From contig JYFJ02004031.1 of NCBI GenBank assembly GCA_000934665.2, positions 1 through 35,451 of the forward strand: a DNA stretch of 35,451 bases. The letters are read 5' to 3'. The translations under genes and the position numbers were made by a program. The notes under the pieces are model-generated. The model was not told where the DNA came from, searched no databases, and was given only the letters and a program-made list of their open reading frames with translations. Each line of letters starts with the position of its first letter. Position 1 is the first letter of the stretch. This DNA comes from Catajapyx aquilonaris (taxonomy: Eukaryota). This document shows positions 33,701 to 35,451 of this stretch, piece by piece.

Positions 33701-35451
33701 CCCCCCTGAAAGTTGATTAGGTGACCTTCCCCAACCCTCCCACGTAGCAAAAGTCCCACATGCTCCAATGCAGGAACATAACTCATGCGTGTATTGTTTT
33801 AAGGCGGAAGGCGCCGAAGCGTGTAAGAGTCGGTTATAACCCTCGCGTAACTGCAGCCGGTGATAGTAGTTGAGGAAGTGGTTCGGTTATCAAGTTGACC
33901 ACAAAAATCTGGCTTACACTTGGTGTCTCATCCTGCTTCCGTTCCTGTCGGTGTTCACAGAAGAAAGAGCAATGGGTAAGCCCCCGAACGGATGTGGGTT
34001 TTTGAATCTGCCGCCAATATTGACCTGGATGGTGGCGTAATACGCAAGGACATTACATGGAGGATATCCGGACTTTGCACGCAATTTAGTGAAGAACCAG
34101 AAGGACACCAGCTTGTTTCAGGTGAAACTGGTAAACCTGGAGGCATGTCCAAACATTTAGATTCGAGTCACTAATGAATTAATCACGACCTGCCACCGCA
34201 ATTAGCGGCAAACTTATAATACAGCAGTATGTGGTCAGTGGTCATGAGATCCCCCGTTGCTTCCATAGATATTGTTCGTTACTCTCTATAGGTGGGAGCG
34301 AAGGCCGATTGGTTTCTGTGTGACAGTGACATATTCCTTGTTTTCCACATGGCCTGAGTCCAGGAAGAGAGTAGTGACGGCCTAGCAAACAGTTCCTAAT
34401 GTCAAAGTGAATCCCAACTAATTGCTAAGATTACATGTGCGAATATTCGCACGTGCCAGAGTTTCGAAATTTGAATATTCCCGCCCTTACGAGCAGGGTG
34501 GCCAGATGGCTGAATTTTTTTTGTGGGCGATGGGGTTGTAGGAAGGCTGTAAAAACCTGGAGACACCCCAATCATAGTTGGATATGACCACGCCCCGATA
34601 GTAATTACCGATAAAGTGTCACGCTATAAGCCTCCTCATCTCACCCTGTCACCTTGATGATATAATTGGGCGAGTGGATCTGGTGAATGCGTGGTGAGCT
34701 GTGGAACTGATGAGCTGATCTTAAAACCGTGATAGCTTTACATGCAGTTGACTTGCGAGTCTATGATGCAAATATGTGTAGGCTAGTCTGAATGAATAGA
34801 CGGTGCCTGAGTCATTTGTTGATCTGGGTGTAATGAGCAGTACTTATACAGAATGCCAAATAAGTAACAGAATGTGTCGTTTGTATCGATGGCATGCTGA
34901 AAATCAATCTATTTTATCTGATAAGGTTTTTAGAAGTTTGAGCTATTGTTGTTCAAATTGAAAGCTACTGGTGGGGTCAATATTCATTCATGCACGCTGT
35001 GACTGTATTAGGATGAACTACTTATAAGTATGCTATTTGTATTCAATAGATTGCCCGCAATACGCCTGCACTTACAAATTGAATATGACGCCATAAAATG
35101 CACGTGATTGAGAAAATGGGAAGTCAGATTGTCACGATGGCCGTCATTAATTGAATGTTTAAAACAGGTTTTTATCGAGCCTGTTGCAGAATTTCAATAC
35201 CGAACATGTTTTCGTCCATTGAGAACACGAAATAGTTCGCACATTGTCCGCTCACAAACCATACATTATCTGCCACTAACATATGGCGATGAGTCAAGTT
35301 GGCAACGACGGAATTCAGCATATGTTCCACAAGATATGATGGATGTAAGGGGTGTGTAGTTGGGCGAGTAAGGAAAAAAAAACTGCACTTTATGAGGAGA
35401 ACACCACACTTGGCATACATCATGTCCACACCTATTGTCAACGTTTAGGAA

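Noticed and set aside
34437..34480. 16-bp palindrome GTGCGAATATTCGCAC with GAAnnTTC motifs (heat-shock-element-like)
   Set aside because: It lacks three correctly spaced nGAAn units and has no nearby identified promoter.
34494..34507. hAT-like terminus CAGGGTGGCCAGAT (a similar CAGAGATGCCAAC lies at 11458-11470)
   Set aside because: I found no inverted partner or 8-bp TSD, and the match is too short to call.

Overview
This is eukaryotic, spliced, arthropod-like genomic DNA, not prokaryotic. Most ORFs in the supplied track are exon fragments, antisense shadows or noise. The first ~13.8 kb is a compact cluster of four GT-AG genes whose exons I could join in frame. These are (1) the 5' part of Nup214 (minus strand, running off the left end), (2) a complete Sin1/MAPKAP1 gene (plus, head-to-head with Nup214), (3) a minus-strand ~350-aa coiled-coil gene that by eye matches the kinetochore Mis12-complex subunit Dsn1, with its stop codon only 28 bp from the Sin1 stop, and (4) a MADF-BESS gene (minus). 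The Nup214 intron at the left holds a tRNA-derived SINE, a foldback Mutator-like element with a 9-bp TSD, and a TA-flanked pogo/Tc1-mariner-type MITE. The remaining ~21.5 kb has no protein-coding gene I can support. It contains a near-perfect 82-bp palindrome, a candidate recursive splice site or non-coding exon, and repeat remnants. I found no clearly new biological system. The strongest leads are the divergent Dsn1 candidate, its forced antisense overlap with Sin1, and the long palindromes. All homology calls come from remembered motifs, with no database search.
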